64,000 nt of DNA from Eledone cirrhosa (GCA_964016885.1 OZ024756.1:38874001-38938000), one strand, 5' to 3'. Shown: positions 1 through 13,947, numbered from the stretch's first letter. The notes: generated from the sequence alone by a model not told the origin. Numbers and translations: made by a program.

Positions 1-46
<46 letters not shown>

Positions 47-49
47 TAT

Positions 50-200
50 ATATAAATTTATCCCAGGTTCAATCGGGGGTAACCACAGTAAGTTAGGTAC
101 CCAATATAAAGCAGAGTATACATATTCAATCTAGAAAAGGCTTCTACAGGACTAGAACTGTTTCATTCCGGAGAAATCATCAGGAAGTCCTGGGCTTCTA
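50..200 (-). mobile_element. (TA)n-embedded Penelope-like terminal module with degenerate hammerhead (149-190)
   Basis: Reverse complement GGACTTC-CTGATGA-TTTCTCCGGAAT-GAAA-CAGTTCTAGTCC; same family at 16300-16345 and 30811-30990. Confidence 0.55.
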
Positions 201-379
201 TATTTAATATATATATATATATAGAGAGAGAGAGGGGGTAGAACACTGGAAGGTAATATCCGTAGTGGTAGAGCACTCAGTCCATGGGACGAGTTTGGTA
301 GAAGTGGTCACACAACAGTTAGTTCACCATTCTCGGTATGGTGAATTAACTGTTGTGTTACTACTTCTATATATATATA

Positions 380-596
380 CGATCGACTTTCGTCAAATCG
401 GACCGAGGGAACAATGTTTCCGTTGGTCTTTCCAATTGCTAATACTATCTATCGGTCGCAACTCCAGGTAGAAGGAGCAACGTGAAATAAAGTGTCTTGC
501 TCAAGGACATAACGCATCACCCGGTCCAGGAATCGAACTCACAACCTTACGATTGCGAATCCAACCAATTCTCTAACCACTCCGCCACACGCCTTC
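380..596 (-). mobile_element. tRNA-headed SINE family A
   Basis: Reverse complement has A box GGCGGAGTGG and B box GAGTTCGATTCC. Other copies: 8678-8870(+), 10116-10260(+), 17718-17930(-), 21080-21165(+), 25126-25200(+), 39018-39190(-). Confidence 0.85.
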
Positions 597-603
597 ACAA
601 ATA

Positions 604-697
<94 letters not shown>

Positions 698-1409
698 GTG
701 GTAAGGAGCCAGATGGAGTATGACCCGTCGGGGTCATACTTGTTCCTATAATATATATATACTGTATATATATATATATATATATATACTGTATATATAT
801 ATATATATATACACTGTATATATATGTGTGTGTGTGTGTATGTAAAAGGTAAACTGAAATAACAACACAATTGGTACAGTATATGGAAGGGATATATTAG
901 GTTAACGCTAGTGTGTACGTACGTGAGTGTACCTGTATAGAGATCCAGTTATAGCTCCTACAGTATATAACCAGTACCATTCTCTTTACCAAACTGTAAA
1001 TCACAGTTGTAGATCCCCTCACCTCAACTTTCCATGTTTATCTCTTAAACATTCAACTATTTTAATTGTTTTTGCAACTCATATATCTTGGAGGATGTTT
1101 CTAGATTCGGTTTCCTTCTCCATTCACTCTGAATATGTAAAATGTCATGTATGTATACTGTTATGTATGTATGTATGTATGTATGTATGTATGTATGTAT
1201 GTATGTATGTATGTATGTATGTATGTATGTATGTATGTATGTGTATGTGTGTGTATGTATGTATGTATGTATGTATGTATGTATGTATGTATGTGTGTGT
1301 ATGTATATATCATGTATTTATACATACGTGTGTACAACAATTATCTAGCTATATACATATATACAAACATAAATTATTGTGTACGTGCTTCCACACACAC
1401 ACACATATA

Positions 1410-1461
<52 letters not shown>

Positions 1462-1618
1462 CATGTATATATATATATACACGCATATATATATATACAC
1501 ATATATATATATACACACACATATATATATATATAAACATATGTATATATATATCTGTGTGTGTGTGTATTCACATGTTTGTATGTATACTTATATATAC
1601 ATACACATACACACACAC

Positions 1619-1666
<48 letters not shown>

Positions 1667-1744
1667 GAGTATGTATATAACCATTTCCTAAGCAATGAAA
1701 CAACAACTCAAACAATACCAAACATACGTAGAAGATGTTCTACC

Positions 1745-2735
1745 ATATACCATACATATACCATACATATACCATACATATACCATACATATATCATACA
1801 TATATCATACATATACCATACATATATCATACATATACCATACATATACCATACATATACCATACATATACCATACATATATCATACATATATCATACAT
1901 ATACCATACATATATCATACATATACCATACATATATCTTACGTATACCATACATATACCATACATATATCTTACGTATACCATACATATATCATACATA
2001 CATATACCATACATATACCATGCATATACCATACATATACCATACATATACCATACATATATCATACATATATCATACATATACCATACATATTCCATAC
2101 ATATACCATACATATACCATACATATACCATACATATACCATACATATACCATACATATATCTTACGTATACCATACATATATCATACATATACCATACA
2201 TATATCTTACGTATACCATACATATACCATACATATACCATACATATATCTTACGTATACCATACATATATCATACATATACCATACATATACCATACAT
2301 ATACCATACATATACCATACATATATCATACATATATCATACATATACCATACATATATCATACATATACCATACATATATCTTACGTATACCATACATA
2401 TACCATACATATATCTTACGTATACCATACATATATCATACATACATATACCATACATATACCATGCATATACCATACATATACCATACATATACCATAC
2501 ATATATCATACATATATCATACATATACCATACATATTCCATACATATACCATACATATACCATACATATACCATACATATACCATACATATATCTTACG
2601 TATACCATACATATATCATACATATACCATACATATATCTTACGTATACCATACATATACCATACATATACCATACATATACCATACATATATCTTACAT
2701 ATACCATACATATACCATACATATATCTTACGTAC
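1745..2735. repeat. 11-bp minisatellite (ATACCATACAT) with 13-bp variants
   Basis: Direct reading; source of the spurious ORFs at 1379-2859. Confidence 0.95.
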
Positions 2736-3151
2736 ATCATCATTCTCTAAGTGTTTACTTCATCATTATGAAGAATACAAAACATTTACACCAAAGCGTA
2801 TCTTCATTTACGTGATCAGAACGAGAAGATGTCAGAACTGTATAACTAATGTAAAATGACAAGTGTAAACATCTCGAAAGTACGGTCTAGGAGTCAGGAA
2901 ATCTGGGAAGAATGTTTAACCCGACAAACTATTGAAAAACAAAAGAGCGGTTAGTGCATCAAAGACAATCAGTTCCTTTCTTTTGTATTCTCTCAGTGTT
3001 TCGAAATATTCCACCCTCCCGCACCACTGCCAAACCAGTAAACAATATATTTTTTCTTCAGTATTCTCCTCCCCCCTCTCTCCATCTCTCCTGGATCTCT
3101 TTCTCTCTCTCTCTCTCCTGGCTCTCTTTCTCTCTCTCTCTCTCCTGGCTA

Positions 3152-3221
<70 letters not shown>

Positions 3222-3261
3222 GGCTCTCTCTCTCTCTCCTGGCTCTCTCTCTATCTCTCGG

Positions 3262-3296
<35 letters not shown>

Positions 3297-3343
3297 GTAT
3301 ATGTATATGTATATATATATATAAATATATGTATATATATATA

Positions 3344-3378
<35 letters not shown>

Positions 3379-3476
3379 ATATGTATATATATATATGTAT
3401 ATGTATATATATGTATATATATATATCTATATATATATGTGTAGATGTATATATATATGTATGTGTATGTATATGT

Positions 3477-3526
<50 letters not shown>

Positions 3527-3590
3527 GTATATATATATGTATATATATGTATATATATGTATATATACATATATGTATATATATGTGTAT

Positions 3591-3640
<50 letters not shown>

Positions 3641-3845
3641 ATATATATATATATATACACCTCTCTCTACCCCCCCCCCCCCCTCTGTCTCTCTCTCTCT
3701 CATTCTATGGATGTCTGACCAACAAATCTAAACTAAAAATGACTGCAAGGAACGTTAGAATCTTCTCTAACTCTTCGCAAAAACAATTAATCTTCCTTCC
3801 ATTGTAAACGGAGGGAATAACACGTAGAGTGCTTTAAACCTGGCC

Positions 3846-3896
3846 ATGAATTAATGAGCATTCATTCGGAGCTTTCATTATAATCTATACACAGCC

Positions 3897-3991
<95 letters not shown>

Positions 3992-4043
3992 AGGCTGTGT
4001 GTAGATTATAATGAAAGCTCCGAATGAATGCTCATTAATTCAT
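3846..4043. repeat. 55-bp inverted repeat around a (CA)n(TA)n tract
   Basis: 3846-3900 versus 3989-4043, one mismatch. Confidence 0.9.
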
Positions 4044-4069
4044 TGCAGTAACTCCAAGTTACACCCACT

Positions 4070-4140
<71 letters not shown>

Positions 4141-4339
4141 GAAAGAAGAGTAACATGGTTGGCTGTACAATAAGGGGCTTTATTTCAAGTACTGACAATT
4201 GTTTCGTTGATCTGGTGGGTCTAGAGTTCGCTAATCGCTTGATGTTGCGTCACTCGATCTCCAATACATTGTTTACAACCAGTCAATACACCAGAGCGAC
4301 TACCTCTAAGTGGATTACTTATAACGATAACTGGTTATC

Positions 4340-4424
<85 letters not shown>

Positions 4425-4534
4425 TGTAAAATCCCGACCACGGGCGAGATTTTACATATCTCTATATCCACTCTGCATCTCCCTTTGAATCGAGTACTCC
4501 CACGATTAGTGGTCAACTCGGTGCCAGCCCAGCA

Positions 4535-4631
<97 letters not shown>

Positions 4632-4765
4632 AACGAGTAGGACCCCGACGGCTGAGCTCAAGCCGTTTCGACGGCTAATTCTGTCCAATTACCCACTCTA
4701 CTACCCTAAGTATTGAGTACTTTGGTGCGTTATGGTCCATCTGGTTCCTTACCACATTTCCTTCG

Positions 4766-4821
<56 letters not shown>

Positions 4822-4964
4822 TTCGTTATTCTGGAGTCACAATTTCATGTGTTTAGTGAGAGGGTCCTCGATATACGAACACACTGCTGCTGTTGAGATA
4901 TGAACTGCAGAGACTTCAGTCGGTTACCCATATCTGTTTCAACTCTCCTAACTTTGTGGACTTC

Positions 4965-6012
4965 GATACACCTCCACCAGCGTCTCACCTCCATCAACGT
5001 CTCACCACTATCAACGTCACACCTCCATCAAAGTATCACCTCCACCAGCCTCTCACCTCCATCAAAGTCTCACCCCCCCCCATCTGGCTCTAATCTCCAT
5101 CAGCGTCTCAGCTCCATCAACATCTCACCTCCATAAACCTCTCACCTCCATCAGCGTCTCACCCCCACCAGCCTCTCACCTCCATCAGTTTCTCACCTCG
5201 ATCAGGCCCTCACCTCCATCAACGTCTCACCTCCATAAGCGTCTCACCCCCATTTGGCTCTCACCTCCAACAACCTCTCACCTCCATCAATGTCTCACCC
5301 CCATCAACGTCTCACCTCCAACAACCTCTCACCTCCACCAACCTCTCACCTCCATCAACATCTCACCTCCAACAACCTCTCACCTCCATCAGTGTCTCAG
5401 CCCCATCTACATCTCACCTCCAACAACCTCTCACCTCCATCAGTGTCTCACCGCCATCAACATCTCACCTCCAACAACCTCTCACCTCCATCAGTGTCTC
5501 ACCGCCATCAACATCTCACCTCCAACAACCTCTCACCTCCATCAGTGTCTCACCGCCATCAACATCTCACCTCCAACAACCTCTCACCTCCATCAGTGTC
5601 TCACCGCCATCAACATCTCACCTCCAACAACCTCTCACCTCCATCAGTGTCTCACCGCCATCAACATCTCACCTCCAACAACCTCTCACCTCCATCAGTG
5701 TCTCACCGCCATCAACATCTCACCTCCAACAACCTCTCACCTCCATCAGTGTCTCACCGCCATCAACATCTCACCTCCAACAACCTCTCACCTCCATCAG
5801 TGTCTCACCGCCATCAACATCTCACCTCCAACAACCTCTCACCTCCATCAGTGTCTCACCGCCATCAACATCTCACCTCCAACAACCTCTCACCTCCATC
5901 AGTGTCTCACCGCCATCAACATCTCACCTCCAACAACCTCTCACCTCCATCAGTGCCTCAGCCCCATCTACATCTCACCTCCAACAACCTCTCACCTCCA
6001 TCAGTGTCTCAG
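4965..6012. repeat. 15-bp-subunit minisatellite homogenised into a 60-bp higher-order repeat
   Basis: tcacctcca.. subunits; exact 20-codon periodicity over ~5410-5950. Confidence 0.92.
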
Positions 6013-7011
6013 CCACCAAGCCACAACCTTTCAGGCTCCACCCAGACTGGCTAACACCCTGTGCTCTTCTTTTCTTTCTCTCTCTGGTTCTATTCGACTA
6101 TCTTCTGCCTAGTTTACCCCACAACTTGTACAGACGACCATCAAATGAAAATACAGAAACACTTCAGTAAAGGAAAGAAAAGAAGCAAAATAACCAGAGA
6201 TCTATACATCAAGAGACATATATATACATACATATATATATATATATATGTGTGTATATGTATGTATATATATATATATATGTACATAAATATATATATA
6301 CATAAATATATATATATGTACATAAATATATATATACATAAATATATATATATATGTACATAAATATATATATATATACATAAATATATATATATATATA
6401 TACATAAATATATATATATATATATACATAAATATATATATATGTATATAAATATATATCTATATATATATGTATATATATATACATGTATATTTATAGA
6501 TGTTTATATATATATATATATATATACATGTATAATATATAAAGACTGAGCGAGAGAGAGAGGTGGGAGGGGATCAACAACCATATATACACAAACAAGT
6601 GCAAGAAAATAAGAACATAAAAAAAAAACGAGTAAAAAAAAAATAGTGATAAAAACCATGTTTCTCAGAGATGCTTATATTGTGTATCAGTTACACAGGA
6701 AGTCTGAAGCACATGTAAGGACAGATCTGTAAAAGATAGTGAATGATAAAAGCTAAAAATGGCGACTGACAAAATACACAATTTAGTAGGATCAGACACA
6801 TAGACGATTACCAGATGCAATAAGTAATGGTGACAGCAGGCGAGTGAACAGACAAAGAAATTAACGAGTAGAAATACAAAAGCTTATATTTATAGCAGAA
6901 TCTGTTAATGGGTTGTTACAGGGTTCGCAGGATTCGGGATTCGGGATTCTCTGCCAGGCATTAAATACTTTAGTAAAATAAAAAAAAATAAAAAAAGATT
7001 CTGATTAAGAT

Positions 7012-7272
7012 TTAAACTAGAACAAGGACCCGAGTAGATGACTGCTACAATAGAATTTCTTAAGAATTAAACTAGAACGAGGACCTGAGTAGATGACTGC
7101 TACAATAGAATTTCTTAAGAATTAGCTAGAGGACCCGAGTAGATGACTGCTAAAATAGAATTTCTTAAGAATTAGCTAGAGGACCCGAGTAGATGACTGC
7201 TACAATAGAATTTCTTAAGAATTAAACTAGAACAAGGACCCGAGTAGATGACTGCTATGGTAGAATTTCTCA
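7012..7272. repeat. ~53-58-bp tandem repeat (5 copies)
   Basis: ggacccgagtagatgactgctacaatagaatttcttaagaatt. Confidence 0.9.
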
Positions 7273-7767
7273 TATCAGCATGGGCCTTAACTCCTGATTG
7301 AGTTGTAATTGTATTTCATTTTGACATTTAAACCTGGCAGAAACCTGTAATCTCTAGATCTGAACACAATTGATTTCTTCCAGAGAAAAAGAAGATAGCG
7401 AAAGAGAGGAAATGAGGAAGAGATGGGGAGGAAGACTCGACACAAAGTACATGACTGGTACTGTACTTGCCTAGCATAGACTCACATGTATGGTCTCGTA
7501 ACCCCTGAGTGAGTCGTAAGGGCACTGTATTGACATACGGCGTTTTTAGGGCATTTTAAAACCTGGTGGAACTCAATCCCCTTCCAAATCTGAATACAGC
7601 AGATTTCTCCCAAAGAAAGATAGAAAGAGTGAGAAAGAAATATTTGAGGCAGAAACGACTCCAGTATTTGACTGGTACCTTTTTTATCGACCTTGAAAGG
7701 ATGAAAGGCAAAGTTGACCTCGGCGGGATTTAAACTCAGATTTGACACCTTGCTCTACTTATCATTA

Positions 7768-7832
<65 letters not shown>

Positions 7833-8677
7833 CATCCTCACTTTGATATATGAATGTATGTATATATATATATATTTCTGTTGTATACTGTACTTCAGAA
7901 TAGAACTAAATAGATTTTTAGCCAACAATGTATATATATAGACAACTATAACTATATATAGACACATGATATAAACATAGCATCTTCGGGGTAGCTTTTT
8001 TTGTGTCCACGAATATATTGTGTGTATATATATATACATGTATAGATACGTATACATATAGTGTTGGTTAAACATATACATATATATATTCTGTAGTATA
8101 GTACAGCATTGAAACAAAACACTCTTAACGCACCAGTAATTTATATTGCTATTGTTTATATTTTGTTATTTTTTATATTCAAAGGATATTCTAAGCATGT
8201 CAGTTACTAAATTATCTTTGCTTATACTAGATCCAAGCAGGTACGTCCTACACTTGACCTTTGGTCTCTGTTAAAAGTAAACAATTTGGAAATCTAACAC
8301 GAAACGAATCCTCCCGTTAAAAAAATGTAAAGCTCTGTATACAGAACTGTTTCTGTCATCTTTATAATGTAAAGATTTCTGTTCAGAAACTTTGGGGTTA
8401 TTTTTTATAGTGGGCCCTGATATAGTTAATTGAATCAACATCCCCATCAGTATTCTTACTCGCACTTTATAAAAGCTTAAAGATTTAGAATAAAGGTTTA
8501 AATGTTTCGAACGAAGCTTTTTTCTGTTCACAAACATTGGGTTTATTTTTATACTGGGTCCAGATATTTGTGACGAACTTTACTATTTGGTCTGTAAATA
8601 CATTTAGAATTACCGTTAATTGAATCGATATCAGTATCTTACCCATACTTTATAAAAGCATAAAGATTTAGAGTGAA

Positions 8678-8870
8678 GGCGTGTGGCTGAGTGGTTAGAG
8701 AATTGGTTTTACAATCTTGAGGTTGTGAGTTCGATTCCTGGACCGGGCGATGCGTTATGTTCTTGAGCAAGACACTTTATTTGCGACCGATAGATAGTAC
8801 TAGCAACTGGAAAGACCGACGAAAACATTGTTTCTTCGCTCAGATTTGACGAAAGTCGTTCGAAAGTAAA
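8678..8870 (+). mobile_element. tRNA-headed SINE family A
   Basis: ggcgtgtggctgagtggttagag...gagttcgattcctggaccgggcgatgcg...cttgagcaagacactttatt. Confidence 0.85.
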
Positions 8871-9221
8871 AATATATAAAGGTTTCGAATGAAGCTACAT
8901 GAACACCCAGGGAAGCACATTTCTAGGTTGATATTAATTTTTTTTTTTAGTTGAAGTTTCACATATTTACAGTGAGAGTATAATCGATGAAATCGATCAC
9001 AGTGCATTGTTGTTATTGATTTTCTCTGTCCGTCTGTGAGTTATAATAGGCACAATTAACCACAGCAAAATTTGTTCACAGAAACTTAAAACCTCGTCTT
9101 GAATTATTAAAAAAATGATTTTTATTGCTGAGTCAGAAAAAGTGAGAAAAATTTGACTCGTACATTATACTCTAAACAGGGACCTCTTCAAATGTTTGAA
9201 ATAAGGTGGAATCCAATAAAG

Positions 9222-9397
9222 CAGTGGTTCCCTAAGTGGGTTCCACAAAGGAGTGTCTGGGATTCCTTGAAAAAAGGTAGAAGAGTATATTTATATTACG
9301 ACCATATAACAGTATTAGGCTTTGGGGTTCTTCTTCCTCCAAAAGATTCTGAACCAAAAAGGGTTCCGCGTTTGAAAAAGTTTGGGGAAACCCTGCA
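9222..9397 (+). mobile_element. hAT-like MITE (~175 bp)
   Basis: Termini cagtggttccc and gggaaaccctg; inverted copy at 44934-45101; partial copy at 43095-43165. Confidence 0.7.
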
Positions 9398-10647
9398 CTA
9401 AAGACAACCAAATAACAGGTGGTGGTGTTAAACAAGGCCATGAACTACGCCTACCTGCTACCCAAGAGCAGGTAGGTCATGAACTAGGCCTACCCTGCTA
9501 CCCAAGAGCAGGTAGACCATCAATTAGGCCTATCCTACTACCGAAGAGCAGGTAGGTCATGAACTAGGACTAACCTACCTCTCTCATTCCCTCTACGAGG
9601 TCCAACAATATATTTTTAGACTCAAGTAATTGAACCCGAACATAACTTGTTAATAAGTTCTAATTTCGTTACACTTTGTTAATAAATCAGAAATACAATT
9701 TTGTATTTTCCTTTTTATCCCATTTATCTCTTATCTAGTTAGACGAGTTAAACAAATATTTTGATACGAGACATTTAACGGTGAGTCTAATGTTTCTACA
9801 ACACACCTATTTTTGAAACTCCGAAGGAATACTGGTAGCATAAACAACAGCTTGTCAGTTAGCGTAGTAAACTATTGTGTTTGTTTGTGGTAGAGGAAAC
9901 GGAAGCTAAGATAATAAAAATAATAATAATAAATAGTAGATTAACAACAATGATAATTTCTTTCTTGTCAGTGAATGTGGTAGAACAAGTGTTATGCATC
10001 CGGTCAAACGATTCTGCGTCGCAATTTCGTTTCCTGGTTAACAAATGTTTCTTCCAGTGCGTCTCCCTCAACATCCTCCGTAATATTGGGGTTTTCCAAT
10101 ATAGATCCTGGTAAAGGTGCATGGCTTAGTGGTTAGAGCATTGGGCTTGCAATCGAAAGGTTGTGAGGTCAATTCTCGGACCGGGTGATGCGTTGTTTCC
10201 TTGAGCAAGACACTTTGTTTCACGTTGCTCCAGTTTGCTCAGCTGTAGAAATGAGATGATAGGGACTGGGGTCCCTATCATTAAATCACCCAAGACACCT
10301 CCAACGAGATATACCTTGGAGGAAGCCAGCTAAACCTGCATAGGTGTGAGCTGTCTCACACACTTACAGTGCGTCTCCCTCACCATCCTCCGAGGAAACG
10401 TCTTATCTATTCTGTCCGTAATATTGGGGTTTTCCAATATATAGATGCTGGTTAAGATGAGAGAAGCTATATGTTATCCAGTTTCCTTGAAACAACAGTA
10501 ATTCAAAAACAGCTGAGTATTTTCTCAGCGGTTGTAGATTCTGTTGTAGACTATTAGGCTACGGGCTGCAGAGACAAAATTTATAAATGGAGAGAGAACA
10601 ACCAAGTTTGGTTATCCCCCCCCCCCTCTCCCTCTCTCTCTCTCTCT

Positions 10648-10694
<47 letters not shown>

Positions 10695-10799
10695 TGTAAA
10701 AAAAAGGTAAACAGAAAAGGTAAACAGAAATAACAACACAATCGGTACAGTATATGGAAGGAATATATTAGGTTAACGTTTGAAATAGCAGGAAGAGAG

Positions 10800-10835
10800 T
10801 CTTAACTTTTCGGGCGCTAGTCCTTCATCAGAAGA
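10800..10835 (-). ncRNA. Mutated minimal hammerhead, same family as 24019-24054
   Basis: Reverse complement TCTTCTGATGAAGGACTAGCGCCCGAAAAGTTAAGA; module 10716-10855 matches 24001-24140; a truncated copy lies at ~841-909. Confidence 0.6.
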
Positions 10836-11040
10836 AAGAATGAGAAATAAGATAGTATATATATATATTATATATATATATTTATTAAAATAACAGATTA
10901 AAGTTTAAGCAAAGAATCGCTGCTTTCACCTTTAACGGGATCTCCTGAAATAAATATTTGCTCTAAGGTTTTATATATTTTATATATATATTATCCTTAT
11001 CGAGCCCTCTTCGGATTTTAGTCTTCACATTTATTATTAT

Positions 11041-11139
<99 letters not shown>

Positions 11140-11344
11140 ATAAGAATAACAGGAGAAGAATCGGTACTGTAGTTTACTGGTATTGAATATGTCGACTTTA
11201 GAAGAGAAGCCAAAATATAGAATCAGGTAAAATACAGAATCAAAGGTAGAAATCACAAGATTTCATGGGACTAGCGTTTGTTTTATTTTGGATTTCTTTA
11301 GTGTTAAATGGATAAAAGATATATCTTCCCTTGTATAAGACTCT

Positions 11345-11750
11345 TGTCTATAGCAAGTAACCTTTCTTCTTCTTCGTCTTCTGTTTCTTCTTGCTCTTGC
11401 TCGACAAGGCCAGGGTCATCCTAAGCCAGCGACCCCAAAGCATCGTCGTGTGTAGAGCCGAAAGTAACTTTTCCCGTAGGAAAATTTCGCCTCTTGTCTA
11501 TAGCAAATAACTTGTCTTCTTACTCGACGGGGCCAGGGTCATCCTGAGCCGTGGTCATCCTAAGCCAGGGTCATTCTAAGCCGGGGGTCATCCTAAGCCG
11601 GGGTCATCCTAAGCCGTGGTCATTCTAAGTCAGGGTCATCCTAAATCAGGGTCATTCTAAGCCGGAGTCATCCTAAGTCGGGGTCATCCTAATCCAGCGA
11701 TCCCAAAGCATCGTCGTGCGTAGAGCCGAAAGTAACTTTCCCCTCAGAAA
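11345..11750. repeat. Tandem duplication with an internal 14-15-bp expansion (ggtcatcctaagcc)
   Basis: 11345-11480 is repeated from 11493 with the expanded unit. Confidence 0.85.
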
Positions 11751-12461
11751 ACTTCACCACAGCTCTGTCAGGTAACGTGTGGCTGCAACTATTTATATGT
11801 TATAAAGTTGTAACATCAGTGATAGCTACTTTACAATAAGCAATCTGTACCGAAATACCTTTTAATGAATTACTAAGTAAATATACGAGCTTGTAGTAGT
11901 AATACAGGCGTAAAATGAAATAATATTAAGTCGTTAAGTAATGGCATTCTATTTCATCGTATCTATATTACATGATAGCTTATTAATGCTCTCCCATATT
12001 AAATATGTTGTCAAATTAAGCTGTTGCATACGAATGGCGTCACGGTAATATTTAATCACTAAACAACTCAATTATTCTCCTCCAATAAATATTCTCTCGG
12101 GTCCTAAATAATAGGTGGTGGGGTGGTGGTGGAATAATCGGGGGTGGGTGGACGTTTGTTGAAATTCTTATAAGCGGGTTGTGGGTGTGTGGAATAAACG
12201 GGGGAGGAGGGAATCGGTAATTGTATAGTGTACATTCGTAAATATGAGATTTCTTGTAATGTTTCAAAGCATGTCATTAAATTACATCGTTTCTTCCTCA
12301 CTGTAAATAATAAAAAAAATTTTTAAGATAATTTTTTTTAAATAATTTTTTTAAAATGATTTTTTAAAAATAATTAAAAAAAAATAATTTTTAAAAAACA
12401 ATTTTTCAAAAATAATAATAAAAAAAAATGTTTAAATAATTTTTTTTCACTATTTTTGCAG

Positions 12462-12716
12462 CACCAAAAGGTTACAAGATTCATTTGGATTTCGTAAACA
12501 ACTTCGTTCTTGAAGACTCTCCAGAATGTGCCTATGATTATCTGGAAATCCGAGACGGTCCATTCGGATATTCTCCACTTTTAAATCGTCATTGTGGTCG
12601 AGATTTCCCACCAATCTATGTATCAACTTCTCGTTATCTCTGGCTTCGTTTCAAATCGGATGACGATGTACACAAGAAAGGATTCCATGCAAAATATTCA
12701 TACGAGAAAGATAGAA
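12462..12716 (+). CDS. Neto: Neto-like gene, internal exon: C-terminal two-thirds of CUB1
   Basis: Acceptor tttttgcag, donor gtaagt; 255 nt, phase 1 to 1. Translates APKGYKIHLDFVNNFVLEDSPECAYDYLEIRDGPFGYSPLLNRHCGRDFPP...LWLRFKSDDDVHKKGFHAKYSY. The RDGPFGxSP motif is typical of Neto-family CUB1. No upstream SPNYP exon found in the window. Confidence 0.93.
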
Positions 12717-12940
12717 GTAAGTCATATATTCTATTTACTTCTTGTTAATTTTATATAATCTCGGATCCCAAATAATTGGTTGGACTTTTGCTTAAATTCT
12801 TATAAGAGGGAGTTTGGAATAAAGTAGGGGAGAGGGTCGGTAATTGTATAGTGTACATTCGTAAATATGGGATTTCTTGTAATGTTCTTTTTGGTCATAT
12901 ATAATATTTTTTAAATGTGAAATGAAATTATTATTATATG

Positions 12941-13120
12941 ATTGACAGTATCGGTAGAGGGTCGGACGCCATGCTTTACAGTATAGAGTTATGGCCCTTT
13001 ACGGTATGAGTTCAAATCCCGCCGAGGTTAACTTAGCCTTTCGTCCTTACGGGGTCGGTAAAATAAAGTACCAGTAATGCACTGGGTAATTGCTGGCCTT
13101 GAGCCAAAAGTAGAAACAAT
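12941..13120 (+). mobile_element. SINE family B (~180 bp)
   Basis: gagttcaaatcccgccgaggttaac...gcctttc...ggggtcg.taaaataaagtaccag. Other copies: 7660-7740(-), 13958-14125(-), 23036-23220(-), 25237-25417(+), 27813-27991(-), 31897-32045(+), 32056-32232(+), 44625-44760(+), 48715-48920(-), 50625-50835(-), 55960-56120(+), 56882-56975(-). Confidence 0.85.
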
Positions 13121-13609
13121 TGTTAGATTCTCTAGCTGCTGTATCAATATGAATCACTTACAATAAAATTTCGCCGGAGAAAGTTTAGCAAAATTTAGTA
13201 TACAAAGATGGGGGGTGGGGTGGGGGTGGGGATAAAAGCGGGGTGGGGGGGTATTCAAGACTTGAGGAGACATCATAGAATGTACAGACATATAACAACA
13301 CAGAAATGGTACACATTCATATAAAATATACATAAAAACACATTTAATTTATTTAGTATTTATATCTATAGATAGAGACTAGTGTATAGATAGATAGAGA
13401 GATAGAGAGATAGGTAGAGAGAGAGAGAGATAGATAGATAGATAGATAGAGACTAGTGTATAGATAGATAGAGAGATAGATAGAGACTAGTGTATAGAGA
13501 GATAGAGAGATAGATAGAGACTAGTGTATAGAGAGATAGAGAGAGATAGAGATAGAGAGAGAGATAGAGAGATAGATAGAGAGATAGGTAGAGAGAGAGA
13601 GATAGAGAG

Positions 13610-13947
13610 ATTATTGAGTGTATATGTGAGATGTAGACAGTGTGTATATGTGAGCTGGTACATTAGTGTGTGTATATATGTGAATTATAGACAGTGTGTA
13701 TATTTGAGCTGGTAGATTAGTGAGTGTATATATGTGAATTGTAGACAGTGTGTATATTTGAGCTGGTAGATTAGTGAGTGTATATATGTGAATTGTAGAC
13801 AGTGTGTATATTTGAGCTGGTAGATTAGTGAGTGTATATATGTGAATTGTAGACAGTGTGTATATTTGAGCTGGTAGATTAGTGAGTGTATATATGTGAA
13901 TTGTAGACAGTGTGTATATTTGAGCTGGTAGATTAGTGAGTGTATAT
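13610..13947. repeat. ~54-bp tandem repeat
   Basis: tgtgaattgtagacagtgtgtatatttgagctggtagattagtgagtgtatata, about 6 copies. Confidence 0.9.

Noticed and set aside
927-3807. Long Y/I/H/M-rich ORFs (also 15488-16296, 32364-34080, 37726-38289, 39136-39802)
   Set aside because: Stop-free translations of (TA)n, (TACA)n and 11-bp minisatellites, open in several frames on both strands.
5254-6054. 266-aa Ser/Pro/His repeat ORF
   Set aside because: 60-bp minisatellite within the presumed Neto intron.
8678-8745. tRNA gene
   Set aside because: A/B boxes belong to a multicopy SINE head; no proper cloverleaf.
9972-10040. Possible upstream Neto exon after tttcttgtcag
   Set aside because: No CUB motif such as SPNYP in any frame and no good donor.
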